64,000 bases of DNA from an uncultured Rivularia sp. (lineage in GTDB: Bacteria > Cyanobacteriota > Cyanobacteriia > Cyanobacteriales > Nostocaceae), in the NCBI GenBank assembly GCA_963665115.1, contig OY762007.1, positions 5,344,001-5,408,000 of the forward strand, in the 5' to 3' direction. Of this stretch, positions 42,181 through 52,019 are shown piece by piece; position 1 is the first letter of the stretch, and each line of letters starts with the position of its first letter. The position numbers and the translations under genes were made by a program. The notes under the pieces were generated by a model. That model was given only the letters and a program-made list of their open reading frames with translations. It was not told the DNA's origin and made no database searches.

Positions 42181-42311
42181 TACTATTCCACCACATTAAT
42201 TTTGCGGGGTTAATAATTGTTCGTAGTTGCGCTTCAGCGCCTCCGGATACCGGAATATGAGGCGCTGAAGCGCAACTACGTACCCCTCAGAATTAATGTG
42301 GTGGAGTACTA
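42181..42311. mobile_element. MITE carrying a GTAG REP doublet
   Basis: 29-bp TIR (25/29) TAsTAyTCCACCACATTAATTyTGmGGGG; internal GTAGTTGCGCTTCAGCGCCT/AGGCGCTGAAGCGCAACTAC. Confidence 0.75.
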
Positions 42312-42702
42312 CTAATAACCAAAAGTTTAATATGCTTAAATTTGCATCTAATAAACTTGTAGTGCGTTCAAGTTTTTCGCCAACACTACGATCTATTTCT
42401 TCTTCTACTTCTTTTTCAATTAAATCTTTTATTTCTTGCTCTCGCTCAATTCTCTGTAATTTTTCTACTACCGCATCGGCACTTGATGATGTTGGTTTTT
42501 GAGCAGTTGTAGTACCTATAGATATTAAAATAATCGACAAAGCAAGCGTAACCTGATTTTTGATTTTCATGGCAGTTTAAGAATCAGGTAAATAACAATA
42601 CAATAATAGCGACTGTGTAAGCAGCCGCTACATTTGTAGCACACTTAGATTTATAGAGTTGATTGGTTTTCTCTAATACATCTGCTCTGAATATTTACGC
42701 AA

Positions 42703-44910
42703 TTAAATTACCTGAAATACGAAGTTAAAACTTGCCCAGTGATTAACATTCCACACCCAAGAATCAGCAGACAAATTTTGTGTTTCATCTTTTGTAATGC
42801 TGGCTTGATTCAAGTCTTGTAAAAGTGAAGAAGCTACTTCTAAAGGATTTAGCAATGGTGAAATGCGGTGAGTCTCTCTTGAGGAATGTTTACCTTCTTC
42901 TAAAGCTGTCAAAGTTTTTGTAAAAGGTGAGGTACTAAGAATCATCTGGGTTTCACACCAAAAATCTGGCCCTGACATCACCCATTCAAAACCAGCAGTA
43001 GTTTTAGGTATTGTTATCGTTTCCCTAGGAGGAATAATTACTTGTTGAAGTTCGGGTTTGCTGGAATTTTCTTCGGAGTCTTCATCTTTATGCCAAGGAT
43101 AAAGAGCGATTGGATTCTTATTATTATTTAATCCCAGCAACATTAGATACAGCGGTCTATCTCCGGTGTTTTCTACCCGGTAGCGTATTTTACTACCTGT
43201 AGATACGGTAGGAATTCCTGGGGAAGAGACATCATCCGTTTTCTTACTGGATTCCATACCTAATGTTCGTCTTGTTTGACGCTCCATTAAAGTATGGGGC
43301 AATTTCTTGTCAATTACTTCTAAACTTACTTTGACGCTCAAACCCGAAGAACCTTCATTTTGCGTCAATTTCCATAATTTAGCAGCTAAAAGCGTTTTAA
43401 GTTTCGGAGCTAACCGATAAACCGCGACTTTTAATGCTTCTCCTTCTTCGCCGAGAGTATCGGGAATTAAATCGCCTCCCAAAGTAAATAAGCCATAGCG
43501 ACTTGAAGACGACATCGCCATTGCATTATTTACTTCGGTGCCGGGAACTTCGGTTTCTGGTAACTTGCCAAATAAATAATCGGCTGGTTGTTCCCCGGCT
43601 ATTACGCTCCCTACGCGCTCAATAGAAGCAAAAGCACTTGTAGCGTCAACTCGTTCGATTCTTTCTAAACTTACGTCATCAAGGGCAATTTTTAATTTAA
43701 CTTCTTTGGGTAAAACTCGCAGCCTTTCCCTGATAAGCTGTCCAACTTGGGGAGTTATTTGCCGATCGTTCACTTGCTTTAATGTAGCTTTTGCTTTTAA
43801 ACCATTGCGACTGCGTAACACCAAAGGTGTAGTTGAAGGTGATGTTGCCGAATAAAAGGTAAATCGCGAATTAACTCCATAATATTCCAGCACTTGCGGC
43901 GGTATTCCTCCCAACCACAAATGAACGGTTTTACCGTCATCTTCTACAGATGTTACAGTTCCTTGCGCTCCTGCAATTGGCTTCGATTGTACATTAGCAG
44001 CAATTAAAGCTTTGGTTTGATTGTTGTTTTTAAGTAAAACTGGTTCTTGTTTACTACCTAAAGACAGCATTGTACTTCCGACGCGGGATAAACTTATTTG
44101 AATCGTTTTTGCTGCCGTTGTTTCCCAAAGATATTGCGTCAAGGCGTAGGTAAATAACCCGGCGCTAAAATCAGAAAGTATGATTTCTTTGGCCAAATCT
44201 TTCGAGTTGGAGGTAGATGCAAGCAAAACATTGAACTTATCGGGAGCAATTTTCTTTGTTAGCTGCTTTTGAAACTCGACTTCTTCAGCTAAAAATATTC
44301 CTTCTAAAGGAGCTTTCCAAGAACGACTTCTTAATCCCGTAGGTTGAGAAATGCTGGGTTTGTAATAACTAGTGTCTAATATTGCCGTTGCCCGTTCCGT
44401 AGCTAACGACTGCAACATCAGCAATAAAGTATCTTCTAATAAATAATTAGCAGTTGTCTCTGAATTTTCTATAACTTGGCTTCCATCGACGGGAATCAAA
44501 GCATTTTCCATCCCACCGAGCAAACTTTTCGTTTTAATCCGACTACCGTAACCGCTGAAATGAAAGACAACCGCATCACCGGGTTTTGCCTGCTTGACAA
44601 GATGCTCAACAAATGCATTTTCAATACCTTGTCTAGTTGCTTGCTTGTTTGTCAAAGACAAAATATCTGACGGTTGGAAACCAAAGCGATGAATCAAAAG
44701 TTCCCTTTGCAGTTCCACATCCGTCAGACAACCCTTAAGTGCAGGGATTTTCGGGTATTGATTGATGCCTACCAATAACGCCAATTTGCGTGGAGTAGTA
44801 TCGGCTAATGCCTGTTGTAGACTGTTAGCCCTCGTCCACCATTCGGACTCGGTAACTCCCAATACCGCCAAAATCGAGCCAATTCGTTGTAAAAAGATTC
44901 GCCGCTTCAT
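42703..44910 (-). CDS. Caspase-family (C14) pseudo-orthocaspase with DUF4384-like C-terminus
   Basis: ALLVGINQY, LKGCLTDV; catalytic motifs altered to HFSGYG and ILDTSY; twin-Arg-like N-terminus MKRRIFL. Confidence 0.85.
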   Translation of the reverse strand: MKRRIFLQRIGSILAVLGVTESEWWTRANSLQQALADTTPRKLALLVGINQYPKIPALKGCLTDVELQRELLIHRFGFQPSDILSLTNKQATRQGIENAFVEHLVKQAKPGDAVVFHFSGYGSRIKTKSLLGGMENALIPVDGSQVIENSETTANYLLEDTLLLMLQSLATERATAILDTSYYKPSISQPTGLRSRSWKAPLEGIFLAEEVEFQKQLTKKIAPDKFNVLLASTSNSKDLAKEIILSDFSAGLFTYALTQYLWETTAAKTIQISLSRVGSTMLSLGSKQEPVLLKNNNQTKALIAANVQSKPIAGAQGTVTSVEDDGKTVHLWLGGIPPQVLEYYGVNSRFTFYSATSPSTTPLVLRSRNGLKAKATLKQVNDRQITPQVGQLIRERLRVLPKEVKLKIALDDVSLERIERVDATSAFASIERVGSVIAGEQPADYLFGKLPETEVPGTEVNNAMAMSSSSRYGLFTLGGDLIPDTLGEEGEALKVAVYRLAPKLKTLLAAKLWKLTQNEGSSGLSVKVSLEVIDKKLPHTLMERQTRRTLGMESSKKTDDVSSPGIPTVSTGSKIRYRVENTGDRPLYLMLLGLNNNKNPIALYPWHKDEDSEENSSKPELQQVIIPPRETITIPKTTAGFEWVMSGPDFWCETQMILSTSPFTKTLTALEEGKHSSRETHRISPLLNPLEVASSLLQDLNQASITKDETQNLSADSWVWNVNHWASFNFVFQVI

Positions 44911-45022
44911 AAGTTCACCCCTCAACCCTCAATTCATTAGCTATCAGATTAAAGGGCTGAATTCAATTATGTAAAGCTATAGCTTATACGGTTTTTCAAG
45001 CAAAATATGTATTATGCCCTAA

Positions 45023-46203
45023 TTAAGCTTTAACTGGAACTCGCATGGCACGTACTAACTCCGCTGCAACCTCCGGACGAGAAAATTCTGCTGGGGGTGA
45101 TTCTCCCCGACGCAACATTTCCCGTACCTTGGTTCCAGAAAGGTGAATCCGTTCTTCTTTCTTGCTAGGGGACTAGTCTTTGCAGTCGCCATCTGCTTGG
45201 TGCGAGTGCAGTAAAAAGCGTGTTCAAACTTCATTGGGAGAATGCCCAATTCACCCGGTTCAAACTCATCAAAGATGTGCTGTGCGTCGTAAGTACCGTA
45301 GTAGTCACCAACCCCAGCATGATCTCGTCCAACAATAAAGTGAGTACAGCCATAGTTCTTACGAACTAAAGCATGAAAAATTGCCTCGCGAGGGCCAGCA
45401 TAACGCATTGCAGCCGGATTGATAGCCAAGATAACTCTATCATCCGGATAATAGTTTTCTAATAAAATTTCGTAACAACGCATCCGCACGTCGGCAGGGA
45501 TATCATCTGATTTTGTTGCTCCCACCAAAGGATGCAAAAACAAACCATCAACAGTTTCTAAAGCGCATTTTTGAATATATTCGTGAGCGCGGTGGATGGG
45601 GTTGCGAGTTTGGAAACCAACAATAGTTTTCCAACCTTTTTCCCTAAACATCTTTCTTGATTCGGCTGGATCGATTTGGTATTTAGGAAATAGTGGATTC
45701 TCCTTACGTTCCAACAACCACACATCACCAGCTATATTTACCGAGCCTTGATTGTAAACAACTTGTACGCCGGGATGCTTATCCTCATCGGTACGATAAA
45801 CATTAATGGCTTCTTGTTTTTTATCGTAAGTATATTTTTCAGTGAATTCTAATACCCCAATAAATTCACCATTTTGATTATCCAAACGAATTAAATCGCC
45901 TTGATTAAAAGAATTAGCAACTTCTTCGGTTACTGAAAGCGTAATTGGAATCGCCCAGGCAACCCCCGAAGCCAAACGCATTTCCGAAACTACGCGCTTA
46001 TAGTCCGACTCATTCATGAAACCAGTCAGCGGACTAAAACCACCGATCGCAATCATTTCCAAATCCGAAACAGCCCGTTCATCCAGTTCAACTCTAGGTA
46101 AACTATCAGCTTTTGACAAAAATTCTTGTTTTTGTTCGGGTGAAGCGATGCGATTTATCAACTTTCCGCCATGTGCGGCAATAGCATCGAGATTATTACT
46201 CAA
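45023..46203 (-). CDS. sat: Sulfate adenylyltransferase (frameshift at GGGG 45168-45171)
   Basis: [26 protein letters not shown]; the C-terminus [14 protein letters not shown]...RPEVAAEL lies in another frame. Confidence 0.93.
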
Positions 46204-46267
46204 CGTATCTCCTTCCTTAACTGCTACTTTTTCTCGCTATGAATAACTTAGCAAGAAATGGGTATAT

Positions 46268-46471
46268 CTACGCGGTTTTTGGGAAAAGGGAGTGGGGAGA
46301 GGGGGGAGAGGGGGGAGAGGGGGTAGAGGGGGGAGAGGGGAAGAGGGGGTAGAGGGGTAGAGGGGGGAGAGGGGTAGAGGGGGAGAGGGGGTAGAGGGGA
46401 AGAGGGGGGAGAGGGGAAGAGTGGGGAGAGGGGGAGAGGGGAAGAGGGGGGAGAGGGGGTAGAGGGGGAGA
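46268..46471. repeat. ~200-bp G/A-rich nonamer tandem repeat (GAGGGGGGA / GAGGGGGTA / GAGGGGAA)
   Basis: Visible directly. Confidence 0.9.
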
Positions 46472-46525
46472 TATAGCGAGCAAGATGCTCGCACTACGAA
46501 TTATTTACTGATAACTGTTCACTGT

Positions 46526-46927
46526 TCACTGTCGCCGATAGCGCATCATTTTTCGGACTTTTTCGCGACTTATTCCAAGTTCGTTGCTTATTCGTGCTTC
46601 TACAGAAAGGATATCTGTGGTGTTTAAGATAATTTCAGATTTCTCATATTTTGTAATAATTTGATTTATTGCTTTCTTTACTGTTACTAAGGAAATACCT
46701 TTATTGGGATATATTTCTACTTTTATTGATGCTATTCCATATCCATAATCTGGTTGGATTGCTTGCAACTTAACGGCATCATTATTGTACGTACTTAAAG
46801 TTTTCTCAGTTAACCATCCACCAACAAACCAAAAACTTAGCGCTAAAAGTGGTAACGGTAGCCAGAATTCTATTCCTAATGATTTAAGGAATTTTAGCCA
46901 TTGAGGAGAAAGGTTTTTTGAAGTCAT
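46526..46927 (-). CDS. Hypothetical membrane-anchored protein, divergent from the two-component pair
   Basis: One TM helix (LGIEFWLPLPLLALSFWFVGG). Confidence 0.7.
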   Translation of the reverse strand: MTSKNLSPQWLKFLKSLGIEFWLPLPLLALSFWFVGGWLTEKTLSTYNNDAVKLQAIQPDYGYGIASIKVEIYPNKGISLVTVKKAINQIITKYEKSEIILNTTDILSVEARISNELGISREKVRKMMRYRRQ

Positions 46928-47062
46928 GACAGTGAGCAGTGAACAGTTAGGAGTTAGGGATTATTTTTCAATTACCAATTACCAATTACCAGTTTATATA
47001 GCTGTACTGTTTGCTAAAAGACTTTAAATGTATCTTATAACTGTTAACTGTTAACTGTAATT

Positions 47063-47738
47063 ATGGTAATTCTACTTGTAGAAGATGATACGAGACAGTT
47101 GGAGCCTTTGCATGCGGCTTTATCGGCGGTAGGTCATATTGTTGATGCTGTTGAAGATGGTGATACGGCACAGTGGCTAATTACTCAGAAAGAATACGAT
47201 TTATTAATTTTAGATTGGATGTTACCAAATGTAACAGGTGTTGCATTATGCCATCAGTATAGACGAGCGGGAAAAACTTCTCCGGTATTGATGCTAACTG
47301 CTAAAGATACTACTGACGATAAAGTTACTGGCTTAGATGCTGGTGCCGATGACTACTTAGTAAAACCAGTTGACGTGATGGAATTGTTAGCTAGAGTAAG
47401 AGCATTAGGAAGGCGATCGCCACTTTGGCAAGGTGATATTCTCAAGCTGGAAGATTTAGAATTACATCTAAATACTTTGACTTTAACGCGAGGGGAAGCA
47501 AAAACTAAATTATCAACTCGCGAATTCCAATTAATGGAATATTTAATGCGTCATCCCAATCAAGTTTTATCACGCGAACAAATTGAAGATACCCTTTGGG
47601 AATGGGGAAACTCAACCAGAAAGTAATGCTGTCACGACTTTGGTACGAAGAGTAAGACAGCGTTTAGAATCAGTAGGTACAAAGGATTGCTTGGAAACAA
47701 TTTATGGTATGGGTTATCGGTTGAATGCACCGAAGTAA
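47063..47738 (+). CDS. OmpR-family response regulator (apparent +1 frameshift at 47604-47610)
   Basis: LLVEDD, ILDWMLP, LMLTA, DDYLVKP; the wHTH end (SNAVTTLVRRVRQRL...ETIYGMGYRL) lies in the next frame. Confidence 0.92.
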
Positions 47739-47876
47739 AGGGAGGGGGAGATGGGGAGAAGGGGAGACAAGGGGACAAGGAGAAGTTGATTCCCAACTCG
47801 CTACTTGCTACTTACTACTCTCTACTCATAACTCCTAAATGATAACTGCTCACTGATAACTGCTCACTGATAACTG

Positions 47877-49163
47877 ATGCTAACTCGTAGTCGTCGTCGC
47901 TTAGCTTATTTATTCACCCTTGCGATGGGTGGGATTTTGGTTACTTTTGCTTTTGTAGTTTATTACTTTTTGGTTAGAGAAAGGCTACGCAATTTTGACC
48001 TATTTTTGAAAGATGAAACTCAAAGTTATGTTTTTGAATTTAAGTATCCTTCAGAAAACAAACAATATCGAGTGGAGTTTGGAGGTACACCGCTTAAATC
48101 TTCTTCGGAAATGCTTCGCAAGGGATTTGAATTTGCTTGCTGGTATGACAGGAATAAAATACCTTTAAAAATTAATGATAATATTTGTCCTGGACAAGAT
48201 TCAGTTAAACCAGGCTTTCAAACCTTTAAATTTAATTTAGAGCCAGGCGAATCTGAAACAGTTTGGCTGCGACAAATAACCTCGTCAATTCAAAATGGTA
48301 ACAATAAAATTGGCTATATTCTTGTTGCTAAATCTCTACAACCAACTCAGAAAAGTTTAGCAAAATTACGGTTTTATTTATCGCTGGGAGTTCCGACTAC
48401 GTTAGGAATAGTGGGAATTGTTGGTTGGTTTTTGGGTGGAGTAGCGATGAAACCGACAAAGCGCTCCTACGAACAGTTACAGCGGTTTACCGCCGATGCT
48501 TCTCATGAATTACGTGCGCCAGTTGCCGCGATTTTAAGTAATGCTCAAGTTGGTTTGCTGGCTCCTGTTGATAATAGCGAACTACCTCGTCAACGTTTGG
48601 AAAACATTGTTGATATTTCTAAATCAATGAGCGCTCTGATTGGTAATTTATTATTCTTAGCCAGACATGAAGGACGTTTAAATCCAAAAGATTTACGAAG
48701 TGTTGAAATTGTTGGTTTACTACAACATTTATCAGATGAATATCAATTAATTGCGTCAGAAAAAGAATTAACTATTATAACTGAGTTACCATCTCAAGAA
48801 ATAACATTATTAGCCGATCGAGATTTATTACAGCAAGCAATTAAAAACCTGTTAGATAACGCTTGTAAATATACTCCAGAAGGCGGTACGGTAAAGCTGA
48901 AAATGTTTACCCAAATGCGACGAGTTTCTATTCAAGTAATTGATAATGGAGTTGGTATCCCCTCAGAAGATTTACCCAATATTTTCGAGCGTTTTTATCG
49001 TGTGGATAGCTCGCGTACTCGTTCATCCGGTGGTTTTGGTTTGGGATTGGCGATCGCTCAGCAAATAGTCAAGGCTCATAGTGGGGAAATTACTGTCGCA
49101 AGTAAAGTTAATGAAGGTACGACTTTTCAAGTTTGTTTGCCGTTGAAGAAGGTTTCTGGTTGA
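47877..49163 (+). CDS. Membrane sensor histidine kinase
   Basis: Two TM helices, FTADASHELRAP, NLLDNACKY, FERFYRVD, GFGLGL. Confidence 0.93.
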   Translation: MLTRSRRRLAYLFTLAMGGILVTFAFVVYYFLVRERLRNFDLFLKDETQSYVFEFKYPSENKQYRVEFGGTPLKSSSEMLRKGFEFACWYDRNKIPLKINDNICPGQDSVKPGFQTFKFNLEPGESETVWLRQITSSIQNGNNKIGYILVAKSLQPTQKSLAKLRFYLSLGVPTTLGIVGIVGWFLGGVAMKPTKRSYEQLQRFTADASHELRAPVAAILSNAQVGLLAPVDNSELPRQRLENIVDISKSMSALIGNLLFLARHEGRLNPKDLRSVEIVGLLQHLSDEYQLIASEKELTIITELPSQEITLLADRDLLQQAIKNLLDNACKYTPEGGTVKLKMFTQMRRVSIQVIDNGVGIPSEDLPNIFERFYRVDSSRTRSSGGFGLGLAIAQQIVKAHSGEITVASKVNEGTTFQVCLPLKKVSG

Positions 49164-49383
49164 TAAAGGATTAGGGAACAGGAACTTAAACTACGAAATC
49201 GCAGGGTAAATCTTACCCCGCGAAAAAATCTGAATGCGTTATTTATTTCTATATTAAGAATTCAAGATAAAACAAAATATTAATAGCTGATGAACCCTTA
49301 AAATGATAATTACGAATTGATAATATTAATTCTTTATTGAGTTTTTACGAATACATTAATAACAAACGCAAAACTTCACTTTA

Positions 49384-51258
49384 TCAATCGCTAATCCATC
49401 CAAACTTATATTCATGTCCACCATGAAGAGAAGAATATGCATCGGTCAAGCAATACATTTGTGTCATAACTCCAGCAGTCTTTGCCTTATAAATTATGAT
49501 ATCTCCGATAATGATATTGTCTATCTTGAGTTCTGATACATCGATTGTTCCTGAAACAGTTTTATTTGCATCACTAGTTTTGCATATTATTTTGGTTCTA
49601 CCAGTAAATCTGTCCCGTAAAACTAGTTCTTTATCCCACGTATGACCCCTATCAATAACAAGCTTAACTTTATCGCCGGATAAGGAATTATTTCGCTTAC
49701 ACGATACTTTTACTCTATCCCAATCTTGAAGTTTATTGCGCTCAGAATTTTTTAAATCATTAAATGTAATATGATGCAATCCGTTTGGTGGTTCGGGTTG
49801 TCGGGGAGCAGGAGAATCACTAATCCATTGAAGCTTAAATTCAGTTCTATTTAAAAGTGCATCATATGTGTCGGTCATGCAATACATTTGTGTCATAACT
49901 CCGGCTATTTTGGCTTTATAAATGATGATATCTGCCATCAGGATGCCGTCCATGATAACTTCTGATAAATCAATTGTTCCCTCAGCCTCTGGATTTTCAT
50001 CACTGGTTTTGCATATTCTTTTAGTTTCACCATTAATTCTATTTCGTAAAACAATTTCCTTATCCCATGTGGAACCTCTATCAATAACAATCTTTACTTT
50101 ATCGCTTGATTTAGGGGACTTTGCTTGCGACAATACATATACTCTATCCCCATCTTTAAGATGATTACGATTAGCAGAATCTATTAAATCTGTAGATGTA
50201 ATATTATGTAAATCGCTTGGTGGTTGAGGGAGATAAGTTCCGTTAATAATTTGGACTAACCTGCTTACTCCTCCATTATTTCCAACTTCTACAAAATCAG
50301 TAGCGATAAAGTTTGGGTAACGTTTAGCTTCTAGGAAGCAACGATGGACTTTTGCTAATATCTTATAAGCATCCATATCCCCACCAATTTGACTATATGC
50401 AGCTGCAATTGTTGGAGCAATAGCAGCCGAACTAAGAATTAATAAAGGAGTGATAGTAGAACCAATTATAGGTAAAGGAAAAGTAGCTAGAGCAGCAAGC
50501 GTACTTAATCCAGCAAAAGGAGTGACCATACCCAGATGAAAAGTATACGCATAGTTCATAACAAACAGAGGTTTACACAAGTCAGACCCCAGAGGCTTAT
50601 GATTACCGTTATCAAATTTGTGTCGGCTCAATGCTTCGTCTAAATTCATACTGTCAGCACCGAACCTGTTCTCCATAGCATGATTCTTCGATTCTGGATT
50701 TCCATCGTGTCCGTTAGAAAATACTACGAGACGTTGACCCTCGTTGACCATCTGCTCAAGTGTAGACCAAGGCTTTGACAACAAATCACATTTTTTATAA
50801 AGATAAGGCCACGAGGAACCGAGTCCTTCATTATAAACTTGTTGCATTGTATTAGGTAATATATCGTAAGTCTCGAAGATAATCGTGATTATGGCATTAG
50901 GATTATCATCAAGGAATTTCTTAAAAATTTTTAAAGTGTCGCTTAAAGGTTTTGAACCTAATGGTTCTTGTACGCGCCATAATGCTTGAAGATTTTGTCC
51001 ATGTGCGACAACTGCAACTCCATTATCAAGATGTGCATCTATCATAAATGCACGCACACCCATTTCTAATTGCTCTTCTATAGTTAAATTTTGCTGATAA
51101 TAAGTCCAGCCACTATTTCTTGCAGCGAAAGCATTATGAGAACATATCCAGCAAACCTCGTCATAACGATGATTTTTTAATTGTTCCCAATTTTCTGGTG
51201 CATCTGGTGCGACTTCGTTGGTTTGTTTGTCAGTAGGTACAATTTTATCTATCGGCAT
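49384..51258 (-). CDS. PI-PLC-like phosphodiesterase with hydrophobic insert and duplicated C-terminal domain
   Basis: SHNAFA, QLEMGVRAFMIDAH, FLDDNPNAIITIIFE, PNFIATDF; two ~140-aa repeats each ending in WISD. Confidence 0.7.
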   Translation of the reverse strand: MPIDKIVPTDKQTNEVAPDAPENWEQLKNHRYDEVCWICSHNAFAARNSGWTYYQQNLTIEEQLEMGVRAFMIDAHLDNGVAVVAHGQNLQALWRVQEPLGSKPLSDTLKIFKKFLDDNPNAIITIIFETYDILPNTMQQVYNEGLGSSWPYLYKKCDLLSKPWSTLEQMVNEGQRLVVFSNGHDGNPESKNHAMENRFGADSMNLDEALSRHKFDNGNHKPLGSDLCKPLFVMNYAYTFHLGMVTPFAGLSTLAALATFPLPIIGSTITPLLILSSAAIAPTIAAAYSQIGGDMDAYKILAKVHRCFLEAKRYPNFIATDFVEVGNNGGVSRLVQIINGTYLPQPPSDLHNITSTDLIDSANRNHLKDGDRVYVLSQAKSPKSSDKVKIVIDRGSTWDKEIVLRNRINGETKRICKTSDENPEAEGTIDLSEVIMDGILMADIIIYKAKIAGVMTQMYCMTDTYDALLNRTEFKLQWISDSPAPRQPEPPNGLHHITFNDLKNSERNKLQDWDRVKVSCKRNNSLSGDKVKLVIDRGHTWDKELVLRDRFTGRTKIICKTSDANKTVSGTIDVSELKIDNIIIGDIIIYKAKTAGVMTQMYCLTDAYSSLHGGHEYKFGWISD

Positions 51259-51637
51259 ATCATCATTCCTTATTTATAACTATTTGGATTTGAGTTAAAA
51301 AGTATAATTAATCTCTTTAACCCGAACTAAAATTACCTACCTTCAGAATAATTATATTTCCGGAAAAGTATAATATCAAACAATAATCTTAAAATTACTT
51401 TGCAAACTTGGTTAAAACAAATGTTATTTAAAATACTAAATAAATGATACAACGCACTTTTGGGGATTTTTCAAGTGAGGGAATTGTGCCAAACAGCCAA
51501 ACAAAATTAATTGGTAATCTCAACCAATCATATTTGTAAATCATTTTACGTATTATTTTTTTAGTCCTCTTCTAGAGGGCTTTCGCTATGAGACTAAGAA
51601 TTATATTCGCAGGTGGATGTAAACTTAATTTTCAACC

Positions 51638-51668
51638 TGACATATTCTTGTCATATTTGGCTGTCATA
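51638..51668 (+). promoter_or_regulatory. OmpR-type direct repeat box 1
   Basis: TGACATATTCT TGTCATATT (11-bp period). Confidence 0.6.
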
Positions 51669-51674
51669 TTAAAG

Positions 51675-51800
51675 CTATCGGGTAAAGAAACGAGTTCGCA
51701 CCCAGAAATAATATAAGCGGATATCTAACTTTTCTCTGAAACCACACACACACTAAGTTTCCGGTTACTAGGAATATCTATCTTTCTAGTAACTGGATTA
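51675..51800 (+). ncRNA. Candidate small RNA
   Basis: Follows box 1; no ATG; CA-rich run at 51742-51753; ends in a 15-bp stem at 51760-51797 with two G-U pairs. Confidence 0.35.
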
Positions 51801-51932
51801 CCTAAATTTAGAAGGCAACAGGAAATAGGCAACAGGGAACAGTTTGTAGGTTGTATTTACCTGCCCTATTCAATCCAGAACAAATTTAAAATTTAAAATC
51901 CAAAATTCAAAATCCAAAATTCAAAATCGAGT

Positions 51933-51965
51933 TGACATATTCCTGTCATATTTAGCTGTAAAACT
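51933..51965 (+). promoter_or_regulatory. OmpR-type direct repeat box 2 (htrA promoter)
   Basis: TGACATATTCC TGTCATATT followed by TAAAACT. Confidence 0.65.
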
Positions 51966-52019
51966 AAAGTTAACAACAAAATTCCTAATTAAACTCTTAA
52001 CAACTAACAACTAACTATT

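Larger units (their letters stand above)
41972..42570 (-). pseudogene. Exported/membrane protein gene interrupted by two adjacent MITEs
   Basis: Removing ~42056-42312 joins NFWLLVV to PVLVNIAFVFFRLILSRLYITYSKH*. Confidence 0.65.

Noticed and set aside
46237..46494. Pro/Leu-rich ORFs here and similar ORFs at 59519-59746, 57304-57573, 38543-38908 and 3797-4078
   Set aside because: These are translations of short tandem repeats or antisense shadows of real genes.
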